The position numbers and the translations under genes were made by a program. Shown here piece by piece: positions 18,266-26,781 of a stretch of DNA of 46,247 nt (position 1 is the stretch's first letter; every line of letters begins with the position of its first letter). The stretch comes from Dehalococcoidia bacterium. GTDB lineage: Bacteria > Chloroflexota > Dehalococcoidia > Dehalococcoidales > Fen-1064. The notes below the pieces were generated by a model that did no database searches, was not told the DNA's origin, and saw nothing but the letters and a program-made list of their open reading frames with translations. Location of the stretch: contig PMMG01000057.1 of NCBI GenBank assembly GCA_003162335.1, positions 991 through 47,237 on the forward strand, written 5' to 3'.

Positions 18266-19744
18266 ATGACAACTTCTGATAAAAAAACGGGGAAAAGCAT
18301 TCTCGAACAAATCGCCCGACGTGTCATGCAAGAACAAGGGTTCCTGCCGGATTTTTCTAGTGCCGCGCTTGAAGAAATGGAGCAGATTCAAAATACCATT
18401 GCTCCGGTAACGGCAGTAAAAAAAGATTTGCGCCAACTCCTTTGGGCATCAATTGACAATGACGATTCCAAAGACCTTGACCAGTTGACCGTTGCGGAAG
18501 TGCTGCCTGGAGGTGCCGTCAAGGTTTATGTGGCTGTCGCCGATGTGGATACTCTCGTAAAAAAGAACGATGCGATTGATGAGCATGCCCATCAGAACAC
18601 GACTTCTATATATACTGCTGGAAAAACTTTTCCCATGCTTCCGGAAAACCTATCCACTAATTTGACATCGCTTAATTATCAGGAAGACCGCCCGGCGATA
18701 ATCGTCGAAATCACGGTCAGCGATTCCGGTGATATACAAGGTTCAGACATTTATCCAGCTGTGGTCAGAAATCATGCCAAGCTGGCATATAACGCGGTAG
18801 CAGCCTGGCTGGAAGGTAAAGAAACTGCTCCGGATAAATCTATAGTTGTCGACGCTGCTCTGGCCGGGAACCTCCGGATTCAGGATACGGTCGCGCAAAA
18901 ACTAAGGGCAAAGCGGCATTTACGCGGTGCTTTGGAATTACAGACTCTGGAAACCCTGCCAATCTTTGATGGAGACGAGATAAAAGACTTACAAATTGAT
19001 GAGACAAACCGGGCGAAGGAAATTATCGAAGATTTTATGATTGCGGCAAACGATGTCACGGCGGTTTTTCTTAAAGGAAAACGAATACCATCATTGCGGC
19101 GTGTCGTCCGTTCTCCGAAGCGCTGGGACCGCATTGTAGAAATTGCCGCCCAGCATAACTTTCAATTGCCTGTTGCACCGGATTCGAAGGCACTGGCAGA
19201 TTTTTTGGTCAAACAGAAAGCGGCCGACCCTCTCCGTTTTCCAGACCTGTCGCTCGTTATCATTAAACTGCTCGGCTCCGGCGAATATGTCGTTGAACTG
19301 CCGGATGAGACGGCGCCGGGCCACTTCGGGCTTGCGGTCAAAGATTACACCCATTCCACTGCACCAAACCGCCGCTTTCCCGACCTGATTACGCAACGGA
19401 TCCTGAAAGCAACTCTGGGCGGAATGTCCCAACCATATAGTCAGTCCGAATTAACGGAACTGGCGCAACATTGCACACTGAAAGAAGATGACGCCAACAA
19501 AGTAGAACGTCAGATCGCCAAATCGGCCGCTGCTATGCTGCTTTCTTCCAGGGTTGGTAATATTTTTGATGCCATCTGCACCGGTGCTGCGGACAAAGGA
19601 ACATGGGTACGTATCTTCCAACCGCCGATCGAAGGCCGTTTGCTCCATGGTTTTGAGGGAATTGATGTCGGTAGCCAGCTGAAAGTGAAACTTATTCACG
19701 TCGATGTGAATATGGGGTTTATCGATTTCGAAAAGGTAAACTGA
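18266..19744 (+). CDS. RNB-domain exoribonuclease (RNase II/R family) with C-terminal S1-like fold
   Basis: 492 aa. Contains IDNDDSKDLDQL and HFGLAVKDYTHSTAPNRRFPDL, which are RNB catalytic motifs. Confidence 0.8.
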   Translation: MTTSDKKTGKSILEQIARRVMQEQGFLPDFSSAALEEMEQIQNTIAPVTAVKKDLRQLLWASIDNDDSKDLDQLTVAEVLPGGAVKVYVAVADVDTLVKKNDAIDEHAHQNTTSIYTAGKTFPMLPENLSTNLTSLNYQEDRPAIIVEITVSDSGDIQGSDIYPAVVRNHAKLAYNAVAAWLEGKETAPDKSIVVDAALAGNLRIQDTVAQKLRAKRHLRGALELQTLETLPIFDGDEIKDLQIDETNRAKEIIEDFMIAANDVTAVFLKGKRIPSLRRVVRSPKRWDRIVEIAAQHNFQLPVAPDSKALADFLVKQKAADPLRFPDLSLVIIKLLGSGEYVVELPDETAPGHFGLAVKDYTHSTAPNRRFPDLITQRILKATLGGMSQPYSQSELTELAQHCTLKEDDANKVERQIAKSAAAMLLSSRVGNIFDAICTGAADKGTWVRIFQPPIEGRLLHGFEGIDVGSQLKVKLIHVDVNMGFIDFEKVN

Positions 19745-19759
19745 AATTTTAACCACGCG

Positions 19760-19789
19760 TTGACAATAATTATAATTAGCTTCTATAAT
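19760..19789 (+). promoter_or_regulatory. Sigma-70-type promoter (TTGACA, 18 nt spacer, TATAAT)
   Basis: Consensus hexamers at 19760-19765 and 19784-19789, directly after the RNB gene stop. Confidence 0.6.
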
Positions 19790-19819
19790 TAAGAAAATCA
19801 AGTAAGTAGACAGGGAGTT

Positions 19820-19945
19820 TAAACGTGCCGAACTGGAATCAACGCAAAAGTCAAAGAGAAACATCGACCATGATGATGCCTCGGGCTTGGTGTACCGCCA
19901 GTTCGGGGATCATGTTGTAATCCCTTCCCATGGTAAAGCTGAACC
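19820..19945 (+). promoter_or_regulatory. Structured 5' leader (unclassified riboswitch or attenuator candidate) of the homocysteine genes
   Basis: A 9-bp long-range helix pairs ccgaactgg (19828-19836) with ccagttcgg (19898-19906). An antiterminator pairing joins cgggcttggt (19882-19891) to accaagcccg (19943-19952). A mini-ORF MMMPRAWCTASSGIML lies at 19870-19920. Confidence 0.5.
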
Positions 19946-19980
19946 AAGCCCGGAAACAATTGTTTCCGGGCTTTTTGTTT
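19946..19980 (+). terminator. Intrinsic terminator inside the leader
   Basis: aagcccggaaaca-at-tgtttccgggctt forms a 13-bp stem, followed by tttt(g)ttt. It lies 47 nt upstream of ATG 20027. Confidence 0.8.
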
Positions 19981-20026
19981 ATTGACAGAATACTGAGAAC
20001 CAAATATCATACGGTGAAGGAGAAAA

Positions 20027-21235
20027 ATGGCTAAGACAATTGAAGAGATAAATCAGAAAATAAAAAAAGGTGAAGCAGTAGTTTTTACAGCCGAAGAAAT
20101 CATCGGCGTTGTGAAGGAAAAAGGGCTGAAAGAAGCAGCCGCAGAAGTTGATGTGGTGACTACCGGGACTTTCGGCCCGATGTGTTCATCCGGCGCTTAT
20201 TTTAATATCGGACATTCAAAGCCGCGCATCAAACTCGGCGGCGGGCGATCATATCTGAACGATGTGCCAGCTTACACCGGCCTGGCAGCCGTCGACCTGT
20301 TTCTCGGCGCGACAGCCACTCCGGATGATGACCCGCGCAATAAAATACATCCTGGTGAGTTTAACTACGGCGGCGGGCATGTGATCGAAGAGTTGGTGGC
20401 GGGCAAAGATGTAAGACTGGAGGCTACCGCTTACGGCACGGATTGTTACCCGCGTAAGAAACTGGAAACCTGGATCAATATCAAAGATCTCAACGAAGCG
20501 GTATTGTTCAATGTCAGAAACGCCTACCAGAATTACAATGTTGCGGTTAACCTATCGAATAAAACGATCTATACATACATGGGGGTGCTGAAACCAAACC
20601 TCGGCAACGCCACTTATTGCAGCGCCGGTCAACTCTCGCCGCTGCTAAATGACCCATATTATAAGACGATCGGCATCGCCACGAAGATATTCCTGGGCGG
20701 CGGTGTCGGTTACGTGGCCTGGCAGGGAACGCAGTTTAATCCCACCGTAGCCAGAAGTGAGAACGGTGTGCCGAAAGGCGGCGCCGGCACATTGGCAGTT
20801 ATCGGCGACCTGAAACAGATGAGTCCGCGCTTTCTTGTCGGCACGAGTATGCTGGGTTACGGCCCAACACTGACTGTCGGCATCGGGGTGCCGATTCCGA
20901 TATTATCCGAAGAAATTCTGAAATACACCACCGTCACCGACGACCAGATCATCGGCACGGTGATTGACTACTCGGATGCCTATCCCAACCGCAGAAACGA
21001 GCCGGTCGGTGAAGTGACTTACGCCCAGTTAAAGAGCGGGAAAATCACACTGCAGGGTAAAAAAGTCCCTACGGCGTCCCTCTCCAGTTATCCTCGGGCA
21101 GTGGAAATTGCCAATACGCTGAAGGATTGGATAAAGACTGGTAAATTTGAGTTGACCCAGCCGGTCGCTTATTTACCCGGCCCTGAAACCGGTCTCACTT
21201 TCAAACCTTTAAACGAAAGGCCTATCGAACGTTAG
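20027..21235 (+). CDS. Homocysteine biosynthesis protein, COG1900/DUF39 family (MA1821-like, without CBS pair)
   Basis: 402 aa with GAAGGAG RBS. The N-terminus MAKTIEEINQKIKKGEAVVFTAEEI... and GTFGPMCSSGAYFN are typical of the family. It is paired with the NIL-ferredoxin gene as in methanogens. Confidence 0.75.
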   Translation: MAKTIEEINQKIKKGEAVVFTAEEIIGVVKEKGLKEAAAEVDVVTTGTFGPMCSSGAYFNIGHSKPRIKLGGGRSYLNDVPAYTGLAAVDLFLGATATPDDDPRNKIHPGEFNYGGGHVIEELVAGKDVRLEATAYGTDCYPRKKLETWINIKDLNEAVLFNVRNAYQNYNVAVNLSNKTIYTYMGVLKPNLGNATYCSAGQLSPLLNDPYYKTIGIATKIFLGGGVGYVAWQGTQFNPTVARSENGVPKGGAGTLAVIGDLKQMSPRFLVGTSMLGYGPTLTVGIGVPIPILSEEILKYTTVTDDQIIGTVIDYSDAYPNRRNEPVGEVTYAQLKSGKITLQGKKVPTASLSSYPRAVEIANTLKDWIKTGKFELTQPVAYLPGPETGLTFKPLNERPIER

Positions 21236-21280
21236 CGCGGATATGCGATCACTGAGAATAAATTACGAGGAATTATAAAA

Positions 21281-21688
21281 ATGGTAGATAAAAAAATAGT
21301 GTTGCACTTTCCAAAAAGACTGGTAGACAGGCCGATCGTTTCTCACCTGATCAAAGACCACGATCTCGAATTCAATATTCTCAAGGCCTCCGTCACTCAG
21401 GACGAAGAAGGCTTGATGGTGCTCGAACTAAAAGGTAAACAGGAAGAATATGACAAAGGCATTGCTTACCTGAAGGAGGCGGGCGTGATTATCGAATCTC
21501 TCAGTCAGAATGTCATCCGTAACGAAGAACGCTGCACTCATTGCGGCGCTTGTATCACCATCTGTCCGGTGGGCGTGTTTGAACTGGACACAACGACACG
21601 CCAGATCAAATTCCAAGAGAAAAAGTGTATTGCGTGCGGAATCTGCATTAAAACCTGCCCGCCGCGGGCGATGGAACTGCATTTCTAG
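21281..21688 (+). CDS. NIL domain plus 2x[4Fe-4S] ferredoxin protein (MA1822-like partner of COG1900)
   Basis: 135 aa. The N-terminal NIL-like domain is followed by CTHCGACITICP and CIACGICIKTCP. Confidence 0.75.
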   Translation: MVDKKIVLHFPKRLVDRPIVSHLIKDHDLEFNILKASVTQDEEGLMVLELKGKQEEYDKGIAYLKEAGVIIESLSQNVIRNEERCTHCGACITICPVGVFELDTTTRQIKFQEKKCIACGICIKTCPPRAMELHF

Positions 21689-21710
21689 GTGCTGAGTTAT
21701 GAATAATGAA

Positions 21711-21749
21711 AAACCCCCGTCCTTTATCTTTTAGGACGGGGGTTTTGTC
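21711..21749. terminator. Bidirectional intrinsic terminator between convergent operons
   Basis: aaacccccgtcc / ggacgggggttt forms a 12-bp stem, flanked by an A-run upstream and a T-run downstream. Confidence 0.8.
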
Positions 21750-21784
21750 TACATTGTCAGTCGGAATCCGAAAAAATATCCAAC

Positions 21785-23335
21785 TTATTTTACAGGTTTA
21801 AAAAGTATTGTCCTCTTTACGTCATCAAACCCCATTTTGTCGATTAACTGTCGCGTATTCAGACCGTTCTTTTTGATCAGTTGCAATAAATTATCGGTAA
21901 TTCTAAATGCTTCGTCTTCCGAAACGAATTCGGTGATTTTTACACCCAGTGTGGTGCCCGGTTCGCCCCTGCCGCCCAGTAAAACGGCAATACCCTGTCT
22001 TTTTGAAGTGATGGCCTTCTGCGGACAAGCAGAGCGGCAAGCTCCGCAAAAAGCACAATTTTTCATTTCAATAACAGCTTTTTTATCTTTTACCTGGATG
22101 GTTTTCCGTTTGCAGGCCGCCACACAGGTACCGCAACCTGTACAAATTGCGGAATCGACCACGGGAATCATCACGCCGTGAAACCCGATGTCGCTAAGGT
22201 GCGCAATGCCGCAGGAACTGGGACAACCGGCGCCGGAGACAGTGATATTTATCTCACCCGGATCTAATTCTTGGATCCGCTTTTCGATCCGCTTGAGCAG
22301 CGCCTGCGGATCACAGAGTCCTTCGCTGCAATATCCGCCAAAACAGGACTGGAAGTTTTCGACATTGTCCTCAATTAACGCCATGTTTACCGCGGCCAGT
22401 TCTTTTATAATTACTGGAATTGATTTAGCTATAACGCCGGGAATCTCCGGCGCGCCGCGCACCGCAAAGTGAATTATACCATTGCCGTATTTTTCGGCTA
22501 TATCCGCAATTTTCCTGACCTGCTCTGTGGTGACTTCTCCGCAGACGGCCCGGATCTTTAAAACCTGTTTGACTTTATGCTGCTTCTCACTGGCGCTAGA
22601 GAAATGGACAGCCGGTAAAGTGGCATTCCGTCCGAGGTCTCGTGTTATCTTGGCTTTAAATTCATCAAGACCTAATCGATTGATAACATCCGCCGCCCTT
22701 TCCCCTTTTTTGCCTTCGGCGGCTAAAAGGTCGAAGTAGTTTTGTGTGAGATTGACGCATGCGTCTTCCGTTAACTGCTCGGCCATTTTAATGCCGACAA
22801 ACGGATTCACCCCAAGCCTCCCACCCGCATATGCTTCGTAACTTTTCTTTTTGTTATATTCTACGCCGACAAAACTGATATCGTTCAGGACGCGGGACAT
22901 CACGCAGTCCTTACTGCAGCCTGCTACCCCGATCTTTATCTTATGCGCCAATTGGCTGCCGAAAAATTTCTCCAATTTTTCACCTAACGGTATACAATTA
23001 ATGACTGCATCGGCGCAGGTTTTATCATCATAACAGATGTTCAGATTGCGGACGATGGGCCCATTATGGTCCATTCCTACGCCTACCTCGGCTAATTCAC
23101 TCTTCACCGTGAATACATCTCTGATATTAACAAACGGGACGATCGGAATCTGGCGGGAGGTAAACAGCAAAGAGCCGCGGGCGTATTTATCCGTAATATC
23201 CGCGACTTTCCGCAATTGTTTGGAATTCAAGTTGCAGCACTCCGTCTTCACCCAGATGGAAAACATATCTTTTTCACGAAGCGGTACCATCCCGCCCTTT
23301 TTCAGTTCATTAATATCTAATTTCTGCTCGCTCAT
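21785..23335 (-). CDS. Sulfite/nitrite-reductase-like protein with inserted 2x[4Fe-4S] ferredoxin domain (Dsr-like / small sulfite reductase)
   Basis: About 516 aa from ATG 23335 (GAGGA RBS). The N-terminal half has a siroheme-[4Fe4S] motif C-x5-C (CYDDKTC), about 33 aa, then C-x3-C (CSKDC). The second half carries CPSSC plus a degenerate first pair. Ferredoxin motifs are CTGCGTCVAAC and CAFCGACRSAC. Confidence 0.75.
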   Translation of the reverse strand: MSEQKLDINELKKGGMVPLREKDMFSIWVKTECCNLNSKQLRKVADITDKYARGSLLFTSRQIPIVPFVNIRDVFTVKSELAEVGVGMDHNGPIVRNLNICYDDKTCADAVINCIPLGEKLEKFFGSQLAHKIKIGVAGCSKDCVMSRVLNDISFVGVEYNKKKSYEAYAGGRLGVNPFVGIKMAEQLTEDACVNLTQNYFDLLAAEGKKGERAADVINRLGLDEFKAKITRDLGRNATLPAVHFSSASEKQHKVKQVLKIRAVCGEVTTEQVRKIADIAEKYGNGIIHFAVRGAPEIPGVIAKSIPVIIKELAAVNMALIEDNVENFQSCFGGYCSEGLCDPQALLKRIEKRIQELDPGEINITVSGAGCPSSCGIAHLSDIGFHGVMIPVVDSAICTGCGTCVAACKRKTIQVKDKKAVIEMKNCAFCGACRSACPQKAITSKRQGIAVLLGGRGEPGTTLGVKITEFVSEDEAFRITDNLLQLIKKNGLNTRQLIDKMGFDDVKRTILFKPVK

Positions 23336-23451
23336 GTATAATCCTCGCAACCTTGCTTTAAAAATAATTTTATTCTTTCCGCCGTATTATTACCAAAACG
23401 GTAAAAAAACAATTGAATCGATTCCGCTTAAACTTAAGCTGTTTATCAGCC

Positions 23452-23619
23452 TCAGCCGCGCGGAGTTTCCGTTTCGACGTACTTTTCCGGATTTTTATCA
23501 AAAGCTTTTTTACAACCGGGCGCGCAGAAGAAATATTTCTTGCCTTTGTATTCAGATGTTATTTTACAGTTTGTCTCTTCTACCTTCATTTTGCAAATGG
23601 GGTCAATTGAGATCGCCAT
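23452..23619 (-). CDS. YHS/TRASH-domain metal-binding mini-protein
   Basis: Not in the ORF track (55 aa). Sequence is MAISIDPICKMKVEETNCKITSEYKGKKYFFCAPGCKKAFDKNPEKYVETETPRG. It fits the classic DPVCxM...YYFCSxxCxxxFxxxPxxY pattern. Confidence 0.8.
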   Translation of the reverse strand: MAISIDPICKMKVEETNCKITSEYKGKKYFFCAPGCKKAFDKNPEKYVETETPRG

Positions 23620-23665
23620 GATATTATCCTCCCAGTTTTATGTAAAGTATTACTAATAATACTGT

Positions 23666-23989
23666 TTATGGCTGGATTAATGCTTCGACTTTTTTCTTCA
23701 GCACTGATTCCGGGACCAAACCCAGCGAACTGTCTTTCTGCACTCCCGCTTTGAAAAAGAGCACCAGCGGGATACTCATGACATTATACTTTCGAGCATT
23801 TGCCTGATTATCATCGACATTAATCTTACAGAACTTAACCTTACCGGCATAAGCTTCCGACAATTTTTCCGTAATCGGCGCCAAAGACCGGCACGGGCCG
23901 CACCACGGCGCCCAGAAATCCACCACCACCGGTACAGCGGATTTAATTACCTCATTCTCGAAATTCTGATCGTTAATTTCTACTACCAT
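23666..23989 (-). CDS. trxA: Thioredoxin
   Basis: 107 aa with the active site WCGPC and VVVDFWAPWCGPCR. Confidence 0.9.
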   Translation of the reverse strand: MVVEINDQNFENEVIKSAVPVVVDFWAPWCGPCRSLAPITEKLSEAYAGKVKFCKINVDDNQANARKYNVMSIPLVLFFKAGVQKDSSLGLVPESVLKKKVEALIQP

Positions 23990-24036
23990 CTACATCCCCC
24001 CTTTTTTATTTTAGCTATCTTCTTTTTAACATTTCT

Positions 24037-24483
24037 TTAAACAGCGTTTTTATGCTTTTTGCTATCTCTAACGCACTCCGAACAGTAGCCTTCCAGAAAG
24101 ACCTCCGCTCTGGCGACGATAAAACCTTTTTCATCTTTCACTTTTTTTATCATCGCTTTCAGAGGGCAATCAAAATCGACAACTTTGCCGCATTTATTGC
24201 AAACCAAATGCTGGTGTTCATGAGAGTTTTTGATTTCGTAATAACAACGTGACTGCCCCAACCGCTGCTCGTTAATCAATTCCAGCTCTTTGAAAAGTTT
24301 CAGGTTTCGATAAACGGTAGCAGGACTGATAGAACTGTCTTCATTTACCGCCAGCGTAAATAATTCTTTAGCGTCAACGTGCCGGTTGGCCTTACGCATT
24401 ATTTTTAACAGTAGTTCGCGTTGCCTGGTTTGCGGGTGCCCCTGCAATGTACTGAGGTTATTGCGATTGATTCTCATTCTCAT
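24037..24483 (-). CDS. Fur-family metalloregulator (Fur/PerR/Zur type)
   Basis: Winged-helix segment ISPATVYRNLKLF, His cluster HEHQHLVC, and two CxxC pairs (CNKC, CSEC). The start is uncertain: ATG 24483 or TTG 24519. Confidence 0.8.
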   Translation of the reverse strand: MRMRINRNNLSTLQGHPQTRQRELLLKIMRKANRHVDAKELFTLAVNEDSSISPATVYRNLKLFKELELINEQRLGQSRCYYEIKNSHEHQHLVCNKCGKVVDFDCPLKAMIKKVKDEKGFIVARAEVFLEGYCSECVRDSKKHKNAV

Positions 24484-24757
24484 ATACTGATAATAGTTCT
24501 TTGCCGAGGATGCTGTCAAATTATCGATACCGGTTTAAAGAAGATTAACAGTAAAATTGCAAAGCTCAGAAGGCTTTATTCACCTTAAAAAAGTATAATT
24601 AAGCATAAATCCTTCTGTGTCGCCCTTAAAAAATGGAGAAACGACCGCGAAATCCCTATTTCAGCTAAAATAGAACTTAAGTTTTTATTCATCTATCTTG
24701 ACATAGAGTCTCTAACCATCTAAATTGTAATCATACTGGTATTGCTGGAGGAATCAA

Positions 24758-25810
24758 ATGGAACAAAGAAAACCGAGAATCGGCATCATGACGAGCGGGG
24801 GCGATTGTCCCGGTCTCAACGCGGCAATCCGCGCTTGTGCCAAGACTGCCATCTGGTCCGGTTACGAAGCAATAGGCATCCACAACGGGTGGGAGGGCTT
24901 ACTGGAACACGACGATGAAGTGTTGAACGTGATGAGGACATCCGGCATTATCGATCGCGGCGGCACCATCCTGGGCACATCCCGGGTCAGTCCATTGCGC
25001 GTTGAAAACGGCGTGCAAAGAGTAAAAGACCGTTTTAACGTATTGAGATTAGAGGCGTTGGTAGTTTTGGGCGGCAACGGCGGTCTCAGCCTTGCTTACA
25101 AAATGTTCCAGCAGGGGATTCCCCTGGTCGGCATCCCGAAAACTATTGACAACGATGTTGTTGAAACGGATTTCTCCATTGGTTTCCAAACCGCAGTGCA
25201 GGTAGCTACGGATGCGCTTGATCGACTGCGTTCCACCGCCGAAAGTCACCACCGCATCATGGTACTGGAAGTGATGGGGCGTGACGCCGGCTGGATCGCC
25301 ACTTACGCCGGGCTGGCCAACGGCGCCGATGAAATCCTCATTCCGGAAATCCCGGTCACGGAAGAAAGGCTCGAAGCTATTTGCGATAAACTGAAAAGGC
25401 GTAAAAACAGAGGCATTTATTTCAGCATTATTGTTGTGGCGGAGGGCGCTAAACTGATGGGCCACAATGTATTACAAGAAGAACATGCCGGTGAAGACAG
25501 CCCCGCGCCGCGTCTGGGCGGTGTCGGACAGCAATTAGGAGAAATCCTGGAGAAACGCACCGGCATCGAAACCAGGGTTTCGACACTCGGTTATATTCAG
25601 CGCGGCGGCACGCCGGTGGCATATGACCGCACTTTAGCCACTGCGTTCGGCGTTAAAGCCACCCATCTCATCAAGACGAAAAAATATGGGGAAATGACCT
25701 CATTAAAAGGCGTTAGAATAATCGGGGTGCCCCTGGCAAAAGTCTGCGACGGCATTAAAACCGTGAATCTCAGCGCGTATAATGTGGCCAGCAAGTTCTT
25801 CGCTCAGTAA
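24758..25810 (+). CDS. 6-phosphofructokinase (ATP/PPi specificity unresolved)
   Basis: Contains SGGDCPGLNA, PKTIDND and MGRDAGW motifs. The phosphoryl-donor motif reads GGNGG rather than GGDGS. Confidence 0.85.
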   Translation: MEQRKPRIGIMTSGGDCPGLNAAIRACAKTAIWSGYEAIGIHNGWEGLLEHDDEVLNVMRTSGIIDRGGTILGTSRVSPLRVENGVQRVKDRFNVLRLEALVVLGGNGGLSLAYKMFQQGIPLVGIPKTIDNDVVETDFSIGFQTAVQVATDALDRLRSTAESHHRIMVLEVMGRDAGWIATYAGLANGADEILIPEIPVTEERLEAICDKLKRRKNRGIYFSIIVVAEGAKLMGHNVLQEEHAGEDSPAPRLGGVGQQLGEILEKRTGIETRVSTLGYIQRGGTPVAYDRTLATAFGVKATHLIKTKKYGEMTSLKGVRIIGVPLAKVCDGIKTVNLSAYNVASKFFAQ

Positions 25811-25837
25811 ATTATCGGTTTAAGTGTGAATTAGCAA

Positions 25838-26584
25838 GTGTTAACACCTGAAGAAAAACAGCGTTACGATCGCCAGATCATGATTCCCGGTTTCGGTGAA
25901 GCAGGACAGGAAAATTTGAAAAAAGCCCGCGTCGTGATTGCCGGGAGCGGCGGATTGGGATCGCCGATATCGCTCTACCTGGCTGCCGCCGGAGTTGGAA
26001 CCCTCCGCATTATCGATGATGACCGCGTGGAAGTGAGCAATCTTAACCGGCAAATTTTACATTGGGAAAAAGACATCGGCATGGAAAAAACTTATTCCGC
26101 GCAAGGAAAATTAACGCAATTAAATAAAAATATAAACATAGAAGCGGTAAACACAACTATTGACGAGACTAATATACTAACACTGGTAACGGGATTTGAC
26201 GTTATTGTCGATGCAATGGATAACATGCCCACCCGGTATCTGCTGAACCAGGCCGCAATCGCCGCCAGAATTCCGTTTGTTCACGGAGCAGTCTCCGGAC
26301 TGGAAGGCCGGGCGATGACCGTGATTCCCGGTAAAACCGCATGCATTAAGTGCCTCTATCATGCCGCACCGCTGAAAACCTGGTTTCCAGTGCTCGGGAC
26401 AACACCGGCGGTTATCGGAGCAATCGAGGCCACAGAAGTGATCAAGTATTTAACAGGAATTGGCACGCTGCTGACCAACCGGCTGCTGATCTACGACGGG
26501 TTTAATATGAAATTCACTGAACTGAACGTCGTCAGAAATACCAATTGCGAACATTGCGGCGATAAGATAATGGGGAAGAAATAA
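25838..26584 (+). CDS. ThiF/MoeB/HesA-family E1-like adenylyltransferase
   Basis: GTG start. Contains YDRQI, nucleotide loop IAGSGGLGS, SNLNRQ, and zinc motifs CIKC and CEHC. No rhodanese domain. Confidence 0.85.
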   Translation: MLTPEEKQRYDRQIMIPGFGEAGQENLKKARVVIAGSGGLGSPISLYLAAAGVGTLRIIDDDRVEVSNLNRQILHWEKDIGMEKTYSAQGKLTQLNKNINIEAVNTTIDETNILTLVTGFDVIVDAMDNMPTRYLLNQAAIAARIPFVHGAVSGLEGRAMTVIPGKTACIKCLYHAAPLKTWFPVLGTTPAVIGAIEATEVIKYLTGIGTLLTNRLLIYDGFNMKFTELNVVRNTNCEHCGDKIMGKK

Positions 26585-26781
26585 GCGATTCCGATCTCCA
26601 CCGGAATGAGTTGCTTTGGTAACCATTTATCTCCATACCAGTGTAGTAGACATAGCAATTAAAAGCGGTGTCCTGCTATTGTAATTTGTGATTGATTTTT
26701 CCATATCGGATGTATTATCAGATTGTTGTTGCATAGTTTTCTCCTGTTGGGGGGTATTTGAAGTGATTTAGCAGTGCAGTA

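Noticed and set aside
19819-20010. A 63-aa minus-strand ORF.
   Set aside because: It lies across the promoter-leader-terminator region of the homocysteine operon. It has no RBS and is better explained as noncoding RNA.
23037-23621. A 194-aa ORF on the + strand spanning the sulfite-reductase-like 5' end and the YHS gene.
   Set aside because: It is antisense to two well-supported minus-strand genes and crosses their intergenic spacer. It is not coding.
26627-26734. A 35-codon minus-strand ORF (MQQQSDNTSDMEKSITNYNSRTPLLIAMSTTLVWR) with an AGGAGA RBS, downstream of tgt.
   Set aside because: It is too short, has no recognisable family, and is not YajC-like despite the position after tgt. It remains only a possibility.
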